64,000 nucleotides of DNA from an uncultured Clostridium sp. (GTDB lineage Bacteria; Bacillota; Clostridia; TANB77; CAG-508): the NCBI GenBank assembly GCA_947651825.1, contig CANTAQ010000001.1:20598-84597 (forward strand). The letters are read 5' to 3'. The stretch's first letter is position 1. Each line of letters starts with the position of its first letter. Made by a program: the position numbers and the translations under genes. The notes under the pieces were generated by a model, which saw nothing but the letters and a program-made list of their open reading frames with translations, made no database searches and was not told the origin of the DNA. Shown here piece after piece: positions 47,847 to 58,440 of this stretch.

Positions 47847-49700
47847 ATGGAAGATTCTAATAGCAAATTAAAAAGAATAAAAAGATTTTTTTTAAATAAA
47901 AATTATAAAGTAAAAGAATATTTAAAATGGTATAAAATATATGATAATAAAAGACATTTTTTAGTTAAGCAAAAAATCATGAATTTACTAATGATTATTT
48001 TTATATTAAGTATAGGTATATTAAGTATATTTATATTTTTTTATGCTATTAATGATTACAAAATTGAAAATATAATAGAACTGAATAAAAAATTTAATAT
48101 TGAATCAAAGGATATATTATTAGCTCAAATTAGTAATACATTGATAATAATTTCAGTAATATCTTTATTATCTGGCTTATCTGAAAGTTATATATTAGGA
48201 AAAAAACATATTAATGTTATTTTTCCTAATAATAGTTTTCTATCATTGCTAAAAATTTTTATAATTTTAGTACTCCTACTATTTGTAAATACTATCGAAT
48301 GCCTAAAAGATAGTAGTCAAGTACTAATATTAATAAATTTCTTGATTTCTCTTATACTTATATTTTATATGTGTATTAAAATGATTTGGTTCTATACTCA
48401 TAAAAATTGGTTTGGGAATAATTTATTATGTATGTATTTAGAAAAACAAAAGAAACATATAAAAAAAGCTGTTCCTTTAAATAGTCATGAATGCAAAGAT
48501 GTTATAGAATTAAAAAATCAAACATTGATATTAATACAGAAGAACGATAATGATTATAATTATAATATTCACAACATAATGAATCTTATAGATTTAACCT
48601 TATTTAATAACAAGAGAATTCTTCAAGAATATTATACAGAAATGATTTTTAGAAGTGATTTGATTAGTGCTATACATGAAATTGTTTCTCATTTGATCCT
48701 ATATAATAAACATATCGAGGCTGCAAATATATATTGTAAGCTTTATACAATGTTTGCTTATTATAAATTTGTACCTGTTCATGATGATTATAAAATGCAA
48801 AATGTTGCTAATTTGATAGACAAAATAAAATACATTCAAACTGAAAGTCAAGAAAAAGAATATATAAATCTTATATGGAGAATTATTAAATTAGATATGT
48901 ATTTAATTTTTCTATATGAAAATGTTATAGATTTTAGCTATTGTAGATTATATAAATATGATTCTATATATATGTTTACTAGTAATAGATATTTGGAATC
49001 TGTATATACATGTGTTATTGAAAATAAGAATTTAACTAAAAATGAAAAGTACAGAGTACTGGAAGAATTATATGATAATATAAGATTAATGGAACATGGG
49101 GAAAAATTTCCAGATAGGGATATTAATGATTTCCTACAAAGAAAAAACATACATAAAGAAGAAATATTCATACCATATCTTATAAAGGGTGAGCCAATAA
49201 TTATAATGTTTTTGAAAATGATTGAAAACAATGATATTAGAGCAATAAAAATATTTAGAACAATGAATTTATCAAAAGAATTTATGCATTATATAATTAT
49301 GAGTATTACACTATCGGTAATCACTATAATAAGCAAAAATAACACTAGAGAATATGTTGATGATTTAAATATAGACATTGATAAAATAAATTATCTTTTC
49401 AAAGAAACGAAATTTCATAAAATAACTTTGGATAGTGATGAATTAAATAATTTATATAAATTATTTAATGAAAACTATTTTTATAAGAAGAAAAGAGCTT
49501 ATTCATTAAGACCTAGATTAGAAACAACAGAAAATGCATTAAAAAATTATTTTTATTTCTTGTATAAAGATATAGATAAAGTAGAGGAATTTTATAAATT
49601 AGAAAATTGTAGAAACTTTATTCCAGATGAAAAATTACAAGAGAGTATTAAAAACCTAAGTATTGTAAATAAAATTACATCAAAATCTAATAATAATTAG
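47847..49700 (+). CDS. Hypothetical 617-aa protein with an N-terminal multi-TM region and a large Y/N/K-rich soluble domain
   Basis: RBS GGGAG; three or four TM helices in the first 200 aa; no known motif. Confidence 0.5.
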   Translation: MEDSNSKLKRIKRFFLNKNYKVKEYLKWYKIYDNKRHFLVKQKIMNLLMIIFILSIGILSIFIFFYAINDYKIENIIELNKKFNIESKDILLAQISNTLIIISVISLLSGLSESYILGKKHINVIFPNNSFLSLLKIFIILVLLLFVNTIECLKDSSQVLILINFLISLILIFYMCIKMIWFYTHKNWFGNNLLCMYLEKQKKHIKKAVPLNSHECKDVIELKNQTLILIQKNDNDYNYNIHNIMNLIDLTLFNNKRILQEYYTEMIFRSDLISAIHEIVSHLILYNKHIEAANIYCKLYTMFAYYKFVPVHDDYKMQNVANLIDKIKYIQTESQEKEYINLIWRIIKLDMYLIFLYENVIDFSYCRLYKYDSIYMFTSNRYLESVYTCVIENKNLTKNEKYRVLEELYDNIRLMEHGEKFPDRDINDFLQRKNIHKEEIFIPYLIKGEPIIIMFLKMIENNDIRAIKIFRTMNLSKEFMHYIIMSITLSVITIISKNNTREYVDDLNIDIDKINYLFKETKFHKITLDSDELNNLYKLFNENYFYKKKRAYSLRPRLETTENALKNYFYFLYKDIDKVEEFYKLENCRNFIPDEKLQESIKNLSIVNKITSKSNNN

Positions 49701-49865
49701 AAAAAATACATAAATACTAAAGGCAGGAAAGCGAGTGTTCACACATCGCCTACATACATTGAATGGCAAGCCTTCAAGAGTTAATAAAAGAACAAAAATT
49801 TTAAGCAGATTTTATGTGAAAATTCACCGAATGAACCACTAGAAAATACCCATTAGAGTGCGAAA

Positions 49866-50064
49866 GTTCACTAAATGTACTAAATTTTATAAAAATATAG
49901 CAATTAGTTCACCAAGTGTACTTGAATTTAATTGAATTTTAAAATAAAGTACACCAAGTGAACTAAAGATTTAAAAAAATTAGTAAAAAGTACACTAAGT
50001 GAACCCACAAATAAGGATTATAAAATAAATTTTTAAAATTTTTATACAAGTACACTTAGTGTAC
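49866..50064. repeat. Five phased copies (41-42 bp spacing) of a 15-bp imperfect palindrome GTWCACYAAGTGWAC
   Basis: GTTCACTAAATGTAC at 49866, GTTCACCAAGTGTAC at 49908, GTACACCAAGTGAAC at 49949, GTACACTAAGTGAAC at 49990, and GTACACTTAGTGTAC at 50050. Confidence 0.5.
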
Positions 50065-50181
50065 TTACCTAAAAATCAATACTTTATAAATTTTAATGAG
50101 ACAAAAGGGAAAAAAATGGGAATTGAACTTTATAGAACAGCATAATATAATTGTATTATCAAAAAATGTAAAACATTTAAG

Positions 50182-50210
50182 TCAGTCGAAGCTAGCCGAC
50201 TGGCTTTTTC
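50182..50210 (+). terminator. Rho-independent terminator
   Basis: TCAGTCG-AAGCTAGC-CGACTGG stem-loop, followed by CTTTTT. Confidence 0.5.
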
Positions 50211-50255
50211 TGTTGCCTTTTTTGAAATTTAAATTATTCAAGGAGGAGAATTTTT

Positions 50256-50441
50256 ATGTTATATGAAATCAAATTTGATAATACGAAAAACATCAAACTA
50301 AATGAAAATATCTTTAAATGCAGTATAAAAATAGCAATATTAAACAAAACATTTAATGCAGGACTAATCAAAGAAAAGAGATATTTAGAACTAAAACAAA
50401 ATATCTTACAAGAATATAATTTAACTCACATAGGTATTTGA
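50256..50441 (+). CDS. Small K/N-rich protein (61 aa) upstream of the second large serine recombinase
   Basis: RBS AAGGAGGAG. Its position and composition parallel the ORF at 39871. The shared pattern is [LI]x[LI]xxLNxxxNxxx[IL]xE. Confidence 0.35.
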   Translation: MLYEIKFDNTKNIKLNENIFKCSIKIAILNKTFNAGLIKEKRYLELKQNILQEYNLTHIGI

Positions 50442-50521
50442 AAATTTAATATTTTGATGTATAATAAGCACATAAAGATTCTCTAAACTTGAGAAAGAGA
50501 GGTTTTAGATAGTGTTGAAAA

Positions 50522-52303
50522 ATGACTGAAACGAATTTTTCATACAGTATCTTAATGCCGAAAGAATGGAGGTTAAATTTGAAAGTACAAGTTATAGAGA
50601 AGAAAAAAGGTCGAATTAATAGAACAACAGGAGAAGAAATAAAAGGAAATTTAAGAGTATGTGCCTATGCAAGAGTAAGTACAGAAAAAGAAGAACAAAT
50701 AAACAGTTATAATTCTCAATTAAAGTATTATGAAGAAAAGATAAAAGCAAATAGTGATTGGAAATATGTTGGCATTTATGCAGATGAAGGTATAACAGGA
50801 ACTTTAGACTATAAGAGAGATGGCTTTATGAAAATGATGCAAGATGCTACAAATAACAAATTTGATATGATAATTACAAAATCAATATCAAGATTTGGAA
50901 GGAATACAGTTGATACCTTAAAATATGTAAGAGGGTTAAAAGAAAAAGGAATTGCTATTTACTTTGAAGAAGAAAGAATAAATACTTTAGAAATATCTGG
51001 AGAAATCATGCTAACAGTATTAAGTGCAATGGCACAACAAGAAAGCGAAAATATATCTTCTCATGTAAAACTAGGATTACAAATGAAACAAAAAAGAGGA
51101 GAACTAATTGGATATAATGGTTGTTTAGGATATGTATATGATAAAGATACAAAAGAAATATCAATCAATTATGAAGAAGCAGAAATTGTAAGATATATCT
51201 TTGAAAGATACTGCCAAGGAGTAGGCTGTACAACAATAGCTAAAGAACTAACCAATATGAAATATAAAACTCCAACAGGTAAAAAGAAATGGCACGAATC
51301 AACAATACGAGGAATCTTAAAAAATGAAAAATACAAAGGAGATGTCTTACAAGGAAAAACATATACAACAGATCCAATATCTCATAGAAGAGTAGTCAAT
51401 ATGGGAGAAGAAAATCAATATTACATACAAGAACATCATGAGCCAATAATCTCTGAAAGAATGTTTAATCAAGCACAAGAAATTCTTCAAAAACGAGGAG
51501 GAGTACGAGGCTCTGGGAGGAGAAAAGGCAATTTTAGTAGAAAATATCCTTTTAGTAGCAGACTATATTGTGGCTTCTGTGGAAGTTTATTAACAAGAAG
51601 AAATTGGCATTCTGGAACTAAAAATAGTATTACAGTTTGGCATTGTATGGAATTTGTAAAACATGGAAAAGAAAATTGCCCACATTGTAAAGCTATGAAA
51701 GAAAGCATTATAGAAGAAGCATTTACAGAAGGCTATAAACTACTATGTAATAACAATAAAGAGTTAATCCAAACATTCTTAAACGAAATGGAAGAAATGA
51801 TACAAGAAGAAAGTAATGAAAGTTCTATTAAAAGACTAGAGGAAGAAAAACAAATTTTAAAAGAAAAGATAGACAAATTAATTGATTTAAACTTAAATGG
51901 AACAATAACATTAGAAACGTTACAAGAAAAGAAAGCAAAACTACAAAACAAAATAAATAGCATAGAAAAAGAACAAGAGCATTTACAAATAGAATTAGAA
52001 GATTCAATGAGTTTAAATCAAGGATTAAACAAGTTTAAAACATTGTTTAAAGACAATAAAATCATGCCAGAATTTGATAAAGATGTTTTTGAATTAATGA
52101 TAGAAAAAGTTATAATAGGAGAAAAGGACAGTAAAGGGAAAGCTAATCCAAGAGTAATAACATTTATCCTAAAATCTGAAAATGAAATTAAATGCAAAGA
52201 TGACAAAAAAGAAGACAAAAATCAACAGTCATCATACGAGATAAGCAAAAACCATCTACAGCCTATGTGTGAGCCATGTGGAATGCGTGGTTCTGTTAAC
52301 TAA
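50522..52303 (+). CDS. Large serine recombinase, paralog of 40094-41905 (true start possibly TTG at 50579)
   Basis: GRINRTTGEEIKGNLRVCAYARVSTEKEEQ...SISRFGRN. Recombinase domain and zinc ribbon CGFCGSLLTRR. About 65% identical to the first copy. GGAGG sits 5 nt before TTG 50579. Confidence 0.85.
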   Translation: MTETNFSYSILMPKEWRLNLKVQVIEKKKGRINRTTGEEIKGNLRVCAYARVSTEKEEQINSYNSQLKYYEEKIKANSDWKYVGIYADEGITGTLDYKRDGFMKMMQDATNNKFDMIITKSISRFGRNTVDTLKYVRGLKEKGIAIYFEEERINTLEISGEIMLTVLSAMAQQESENISSHVKLGLQMKQKRGELIGYNGCLGYVYDKDTKEISINYEEAEIVRYIFERYCQGVGCTTIAKELTNMKYKTPTGKKKWHESTIRGILKNEKYKGDVLQGKTYTTDPISHRRVVNMGEENQYYIQEHHEPIISERMFNQAQEILQKRGGVRGSGRRKGNFSRKYPFSSRLYCGFCGSLLTRRNWHSGTKNSITVWHCMEFVKHGKENCPHCKAMKESIIEEAFTEGYKLLCNNNKELIQTFLNEMEEMIQEESNESSIKRLEEEKQILKEKIDKLIDLNLNGTITLETLQEKKAKLQNKINSIEKEQEHLQIELEDSMSLNQGLNKFKTLFKDNKIMPEFDKDVFELMIEKVIIGEKDSKGKANPRVITFILKSENEIKCKDDKKEDKNQQSSYEISKNHLQPMCEPCGMRGSVN

Positions 52304-52537
52304 AGTACATAAAGAATAGTGTGAAAATGCTTGATAAATATGCTACTTAGTTTGGCAGGCGCATCATTAAATGCAAGAAGGGTAATCGATATCTTACTTG
52401 AATGTTTCGGACCTTCGTATAATCCTATAAAGATTTTGGAAAGAGAACAATATTGGAAAAGTTACTTGGACACTATAAAGAATCAGTATAATGATAACTG
52501 ATTGAATTTTATTTATTAATTTGTAGGAGGTGTTGCC

Positions 52538-53338
52538 ATGAGAGTTTTGGATTTAGATATGGACTATTTCATGACTAAAATAGCAAGTACTCCATTTACT
52601 TGTGAAGAAAGGCTTGATGAAGAGTACTATGGGGATTCAGTATGGACTGAGGAGGAAGTTCGACAATTTTTGGAGCAAAATTTAGGATTATCAAAAAATC
52701 ACAAAATTCCTGGAAGAATTGTGAGTGGTCATAATGAAGCTCTGTTATTTTGGGAAGAACTTATTAATAACAAAATGCTTTCGGATCCTTTTGATGTTGT
52801 TCATGTTGATTCTCACGCTGATTTAGGATTGGGTGACACATCATGGAGTTTTTTGCAAAGCCTGTTTCTTACACTTCCTATTGATTCAAGAAGAAAAATA
52901 AGTGAGTATGAATTTTGCGATGAAATAAAAGGAATTAGTATAGGTGATTATTTGCTTTGGGCAGTTGCCTATAAAATGGTTTCATCTATCACATATTGTG
53001 CGAATCCTCATGGACACAAGAATGATTATCTATGGGAGACTCTAAAGGATTTTCATGAAGAAGACTTGTGGGATAAGCCTGTAAAAAATTATATACAGTT
53101 AAAGTATAATGAAACGATGGAAATGCCTGAGTATAATTCGTCTGATGCATATAAGAAAAAATATCTTGAGGGTGCAATAAAAGATCCTGAAGTTGAACTA
53201 TTAATTATTCCAACAATTGATGATGTAAAATTTGCAGGAGATTTTGACTATGTAGTTATGGCACAATCTCCAAATTATACTCCGGCAAGTGCAGATTTCA
53301 TAATAGATATTTTTAGAGAATATATTGAAGAAATATAA
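52538..53338 (+). CDS. Hypothetical protein, possibly UPF0489-like (HVDSHADLG motif), GC-richer than its neighbours
   Basis: RBS GGAGG; conserved-looking DxHxD. No firm family assignment. Confidence 0.5.
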   Translation: MRVLDLDMDYFMTKIASTPFTCEERLDEEYYGDSVWTEEEVRQFLEQNLGLSKNHKIPGRIVSGHNEALLFWEELINNKMLSDPFDVVHVDSHADLGLGDTSWSFLQSLFLTLPIDSRRKISEYEFCDEIKGISIGDYLLWAVAYKMVSSITYCANPHGHKNDYLWETLKDFHEEDLWDKPVKNYIQLKYNETMEMPEYNSSDAYKKKYLEGAIKDPEVELLIIPTIDDVKFAGDFDYVVMAQSPNYTPASADFIIDIFREYIEEI

Positions 53339-53511
53339 AAAATAAAGCACTTGAAGTTGACAGGGTGTGCAGAATAATATAAATTTTTTATAAAAAAGTC
53401 AAGAACGTTTGGGAATAAAACTGAAAAAGGAAGTGTTTGAAAACCCAGTTCCTTTTTTTTCCGTTTTATGTTAAAATAATGGCAAAATAAATAATTGGAG
53501 ATGAGGGCTAA

Positions 53512-54318
53512 ATGGAAAAAATCATAGTTTTAGGTACCGGCACAGCCAGTGTTATAGAAAATTTTAATACTTGTTTTGTATTAGAAAATAGTAACAAAGA
53601 ATATTTATTAGTAGATACAGGTGGAGGAAATAGAATATTAGGACATTTTAAAAAGGTAAATATAGATTTAACTAAAATCCATAATATTTTTATATCACAT
53701 AAACATATTGATCATTTATTTGGCATGTTATGGATATATAGGTTTGTAGATTTAGCAATGCAAAAAGGGACATATGAAGGAACTTTAAATATTTATTGTC
53801 ATGATGAAGTGGCAAAAATTATAAGAGAACAAATACATACTTTGCTAAGAAAGAGCCAACAACAATTTATAGACAAAAGAATTTTTATTAATATTGTAAA
53901 TAACCATGAAAAAGTTAAAATTCTAAATTATGAATTAGAGTTTTTAGATATCCTATCAAAGAGTGATAAACAATATGGATTTAAGACAACATTAAATAAT
54001 GGGAAAACACTTGCTTTTTTAGGAGATGAACCATTAGATGAAAAATTATATAATGATGTAATGAATATAGATTATTTGTTACATGAAGCATTTTGTTTAG
54101 AAACTGAATCAGATAAATATAAACCAAAAGAGAAGAACCATGACACAGTAAAGTCTGCAAGTTTAAAAGCACAAAAAATAGGCGCTAAAAATTTAGTATT
54201 ATGGCACACACAGGAAAATTTAGGAAAAGATAGAAAGAGATTTTATATAAAAGAAGCTAAAGAGAATTTCGAAGGAAATGTATATGTTCCAAATGATTTT
54301 GAAGAAATAATTTTATAA
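53512..54318 (+). CDS. MBL-fold metallo-hydrolase (RNase Z-like)
   Basis: FISHKHIDHLFG (HxHxDH). Confidence 0.7.
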   Translation: MEKIIVLGTGTASVIENFNTCFVLENSNKEYLLVDTGGGNRILGHFKKVNIDLTKIHNIFISHKHIDHLFGMLWIYRFVDLAMQKGTYEGTLNIYCHDEVAKIIREQIHTLLRKSQQQFIDKRIFINIVNNHEKVKILNYELEFLDILSKSDKQYGFKTTLNNGKTLAFLGDEPLDEKLYNDVMNIDYLLHEAFCLETESDKYKPKEKNHDTVKSASLKAQKIGAKNLVLWHTQENLGKDRKRFYIKEAKENFEGNVYVPNDFEEIIL

Positions 54319-54675
54319 AAGAGATGAAATTTTATGAAAAATTTAGTCAAAAGGAATAGCGTGAAATTAAGAGAAAAAGCCTAATGGTTTAATAAAGGAG
54401 AAAAGTATACAGAAAAAATACAAGAGAGTAGAAAATAATGAATTTTTACAATTGGAATATGTATAATTATAAAAAGTTTTTAATCTGTATTTTAATTCCA
54501 ATTTAATAATTCAACAATTTCATCGTGAATTTTACCATTTAAATTCTATACTAAAATTCTAACTATGAACGTATTAATAGTCATGGAGAATATTGTAAAT
54601 TAGTTAATAGTTAAATTAGAATTATTTATTTTAGATATTATACAAAATGAAATTTATATAAAGAGGTGTAAGTAT

Positions 54676-56043
54676 ATGAAAATAGTTTCTATAAACCCAA
54701 GCAATAATGAAGAGGTAGGTGCAATTGAAGAAACTACAAAGGAAGAAGTTATAAAAAAAGTAAATCTAGCAAAATCAGTAAAAAATAAGTGGGCTAGATT
54801 AGAGATAGAAGAAAGAATTGTTGTTTTGAAAGAAATATGTAATAAGTTTGAAGAAAATTCAGATAAAATTGCAAATTTAATATCATTAGAAATGGGAAAA
54901 CCAATTAATCAATCAGAAAATGAAATAAAGTCTACATTAAAAACTATGAAATGGGACTTAGAAAATGCAGCAAATTGTATTGCTCCAGAAACAACCTTTG
55001 AAAGTGATAATGAAATACAAAAAGTATTTTATGAACCAAAGGGTATAGTAGTTGCCATTTCACCATTTAATTATCCGTTTTCATTATGTTGTGCAACAGC
55101 TTTCCAAAATTTAATAGTTGGGAACCTTGTAATTAGTAAGCCAGATCCAAATGTACCGCTTCTATATAAATTTTTAGAAGAAATATTAGATAATTCGAAC
55201 TTACCAAGTGGTGTATGGCAATTTGTATTTGGAGGAAAAGAGATAGGAAGTTATTTAGTAGAACAAGATATTGATATGATTTGTTTTACAGGAAATACAA
55301 AAACGGGAGAATATTTATATAAAGTAGCAGCAAGTAAGATGATTCCAATCCTTATGGAGCTAGGTGGTTCTGCACCAGGAATTGTTTGTGAAGATGCAGA
55401 CATTAATTGTGTTATTGATGGAATATTTAAAAAGAAATTTTCAAATAGTGGTCAATTATGCCATGCTTTAAAGAGATTAATTGTTCATGAAAATGTGTTT
55501 GGTGAAGTAGTGAATAAACTTAAAAGTATTGCTGAAAAACAGAACATTGGAGAACCACTGGATAGAAATACTACAATAGGACCTCTTGTAAATGAAAAAC
55601 AAATCAATACTTTATTAGAACAATTTAATGATGCAAAAAGTAAAGGTGCAAATATTATCTGTGGTGGAAAGCAACTAAAAGGGAATTACTTTGAACCAAC
55701 AATTTTAACAAATATTACAAAAGATATGAAAGTATGGGAAGAAGAAGTTTTTGGACCAATATTGCCTATTGTTACATTCAAAACAATAGAAGAAGCAATA
55801 GAACTTGCAAATGATACGATTTATGGTTTAGGCGGATATGTATTTACTACAAATAGAGAAAATTTTGAGAAAATAAGTAGAGAATTAAAAACAGGTATGG
55901 TAGCTTTGAATAATTTAGCATATTCTGCACCATATAATCCATTTGGAGGAGTAAAGAAATCTGGGCTAGGAAGAACTCGTGGAAAATGGGGACTAAGAGG
56001 ATTATGTAATATAAAAGTGGTTACATTTGAAAATAATATGTAA
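54676..56043 (+). CDS. NAD(P)-dependent aldehyde dehydrogenase family protein
   Basis: MELGGSAP (ELGGK/S), the catalytic Cys region FSNSGQLCHA, and the GxGxxG region. Confidence 0.8.
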   Translation: MKIVSINPSNNEEVGAIEETTKEEVIKKVNLAKSVKNKWARLEIEERIVVLKEICNKFEENSDKIANLISLEMGKPINQSENEIKSTLKTMKWDLENAANCIAPETTFESDNEIQKVFYEPKGIVVAISPFNYPFSLCCATAFQNLIVGNLVISKPDPNVPLLYKFLEEILDNSNLPSGVWQFVFGGKEIGSYLVEQDIDMICFTGNTKTGEYLYKVAASKMIPILMELGGSAPGIVCEDADINCVIDGIFKKKFSNSGQLCHALKRLIVHENVFGEVVNKLKSIAEKQNIGEPLDRNTTIGPLVNEKQINTLLEQFNDAKSKGANIICGGKQLKGNYFEPTILTNITKDMKVWEEEVFGPILPIVTFKTIEEAIELANDTIYGLGGYVFTTNRENFEKISRELKTGMVALNNLAYSAPYNPFGGVKKSGLGRTRGKWGLRGLCNIKVVTFENNM

Positions 56044-56146
56044 AAGAGCTGAGGAAAGTGTTTTAGCAAGCACTTTCTTTTTTTAGCTTTTTATGATAAT
56101 ATAATATCGATATGAGAAACGAATAAGGAAAGGAAAATAAATCGAT

Positions 56147-56611
56147 ATGAATATTAATATAGAAATTCCTAAAGTAGAGGAACAGAAGGAAATAAATGAC
56201 TTAGCAAGACAGATACAGAAAATTCATTTTAATTGGAGACCAGATTTATTTTTAAATGTAGAAGAAGTAATATCAAAAGAGAGATTAAGAGGATTATTGG
56301 ATAAAAATTGTATATATGTTGCTAAAATAGATGAAAAAATAGTAGGTTATATAATTATAGATATCATGGAAAAGGATAATTCATTTATAAGATATAGAAA
56401 GCTTTTAGTCGTAGATACTTTATGTGTAGATGAGAATTATAGAGGAAAAGGAATAGGAACCCAACTATTAGAATTTGCTAAGAATTTAGGAAAAGAAAAT
56501 AAATGTACAGATATGTATTTAACTGTTAATCCAAAAAATGAAAATGCAATAAAGACATATGAAAAATTTGGAATGAGACTAAAAGATATAACATATATGA
56601 TGGAAATATAA
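56147..56611 (+). CDS. GNAT family N-acetyltransferase
   Basis: LCVDENYRGKGIGTQLLE. Confidence 0.7.
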   Translation: MNINIEIPKVEEQKEINDLARQIQKIHFNWRPDLFLNVEEVISKERLRGLLDKNCIYVAKIDEKIVGYIIIDIMEKDNSFIRYRKLLVVDTLCVDENYRGKGIGTQLLEFAKNLGKENKCTDMYLTVNPKNENAIKTYEKFGMRLKDITYMMEI

Positions 56612-56631
56612 AGTAAAGGAGAGTAAAAATT

Positions 56632-57288
56632 ATGAAAATTACAAAATTCCCACAATCGTGTTTATTACTTGAAACAAAAGGAAAGAAAATATTGGTAGAC
56701 CCAGGAACATTAAAATACAAAGAAGAATATTTTGATGTTTGGAATAGTGCAGATGTTATATTAATAACACATAAACATTCAGATCACTGCAACACAGAAG
56801 TGTTAGAAAGATTAGACGATAAAATAACAATTTATTCAACTAGAGAAGTTCAAGAAGCAAATCAAAGTTTGAAAATAAATATTGTTGAAGAAACTGATAT
56901 TATAAAATTAGATGATATAAAAATAGAAGTTGTTCATGCTGTACATGGATATCAACCATTATTAAAAGGAGATAAAGAAATACACGAAAATGTAGGCTAT
57001 ATTATTGATGATGGAGAAACTAGATTATACACAACAAGTGATACAATTTGTTTTAAAAATGATTATAAGGTAGATATAGTATGTGTTCCAGTAACTGGAT
57101 ATGGATTAACAATGTCAGCATTTGAAGCAGCATTGTATTCAAAAGAAGTTGGAGCAACACTAACAATTCCAATTCATATGGATAATCCAGCATTTCCACC
57201 AAATTTTGAATTTATAAAAGAAATGTTTGATAAATATGAAGTAGAATATGAAATTTTAGAAAATGATGAAAGTATTGAAATCGAATAG
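56632..57288 (+). CDS. MBL-fold metallo-hydrolase
   Basis: LITHKHSDH, and later VHAVHGY. Confidence 0.7.
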   Translation: MKITKFPQSCLLLETKGKKILVDPGTLKYKEEYFDVWNSADVILITHKHSDHCNTEVLERLDDKITIYSTREVQEANQSLKINIVEETDIIKLDDIKIEVVHAVHGYQPLLKGDKEIHENVGYIIDDGETRLYTTSDTICFKNDYKVDIVCVPVTGYGLTMSAFEAALYSKEVGATLTIPIHMDNPAFPPNFEFIKEMFDKYEVEYEILENDESIEIE

Positions 57289-57300
57289 GAGGAAAATAAA

Positions 57301-57839
57301 ATGGGAAATTATTTTATAATACATGGGTCATTTGGTAACTCTTTTGGAAACTGGTTGATTATATAGAAAATGCTGGACATGTATATGTGCCAAGTTTTCC
57401 AATAGGAGAAGAATATCAAAATTATGAAAATTGGAGTAAATTATTAAAGTATTATTTAGATTTAGGATTAATTGATGAAGACACAACAATAATAGGACAT
57501 AGCATTGCACCAGTATTCATATCAAAATTTTTAACTGAAAATAAAGTAAAAGTTAAAAAGCTAATATTTGTATGTGGATTTAATAACTATCTAGGAATAA
57601 ATGAAGAATATGATACAGTAAATAGAACAATGTATTTTGATAACTTAAAAGAGGTAAAACAATATGCTGATGAAATAATATGTTTCTATTCAGATAATGA
57701 TCCGTATGTAAAATATGAAGTTGAAAAAGAATTTGCAGATACAGTTGCAACAGAACAAATCTTAATACCTAATGCAGGGCATATCAATAGCGAAAGTGGA
57801 TATGATGTATTTGAAGATATAATAGATTATTTATTTTGA
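57301..57839 (+). pseudogene. Serine hydrolase YdeN/RBBP9-like alpha/beta hydrolase with a frameshift near 57350
   Basis: The N-terminus MGNYFIIHGSFGNSFGNW is in one frame; the rest (LVDYIENAGHVYVPSFP...IIGHSIAP...) is in the -1 frame (ORF 57387-57839). A likely 1-nt deletion in a T-run (tggtt[t]gat). Confidence 0.5.
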
Positions 57840-57856
57840 AAGGAAAATATACATAG

Positions 57857-58429
57857 ATGAAAATTTTAATTTTAAGTTTTAGCAATAATAAAGTAAATGA
57901 AGATAGTTATGTTCCAGATAAAATAGGACTAACTTTCTCATGTGTAGATGAATGTATTAACGAACTCAAAAATAAGGGCATACAGGTAGAACATATATGT
58001 ATAAATTATAAAAATATAAAGAAATGTATGGCATGTGGTGAAAGAGGTTGGGGAATTTGTTTAGAAAAACATAAATGTATTATAGATGATGATTTTAATG
58101 AATTATATGATATGATGAATCAATATGACGGATTTATATTCATAACACCTGTTTACTTTTGGGAAATGAGTGAAAGTGCTAAAACTTTTTTTGATAGATT
58201 AAAAAGATGTGATGCATTTAATGAAAATTCAAAAATTATAGGAAAGAAGTTTATTGCAATGGCCTGTGCAGGAGGAAGTGGAAATGGAACAGAAAATACT
58301 CTTCAATCATTTGACACATTAAATCATTTTATGAAAATGGATATGATAGGCAGACTATCTATAACAAAATTTAATTTTGAAGAGCAAAAACAAGAAATAA
58401 TAAATTGTATTAATAAATTTAATGATTAG
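57857..58429 (+). CDS. Flavodoxin-like / NADPH-dependent FMN reductase-like protein with an extra Cys cluster
   Basis: MKILILSFS..., CMACGERGWGIC, and ITPVYFWEMSESAKTFFDR (FMN_red-like). Confidence 0.55.
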   Translation: MKILILSFSNNKVNEDSYVPDKIGLTFSCVDECINELKNKGIQVEHICINYKNIKKCMACGERGWGICLEKHKCIIDDDFNELYDMMNQYDGFIFITPVYFWEMSESAKTFFDRLKRCDAFNENSKIIGKKFIAMACAGGSGNGTENTLQSFDTLNHFMKMDMIGRLSITKFNFEEQKQEIINCINKFND

Positions 58430-58440
58430 TGGAGGCTTAT

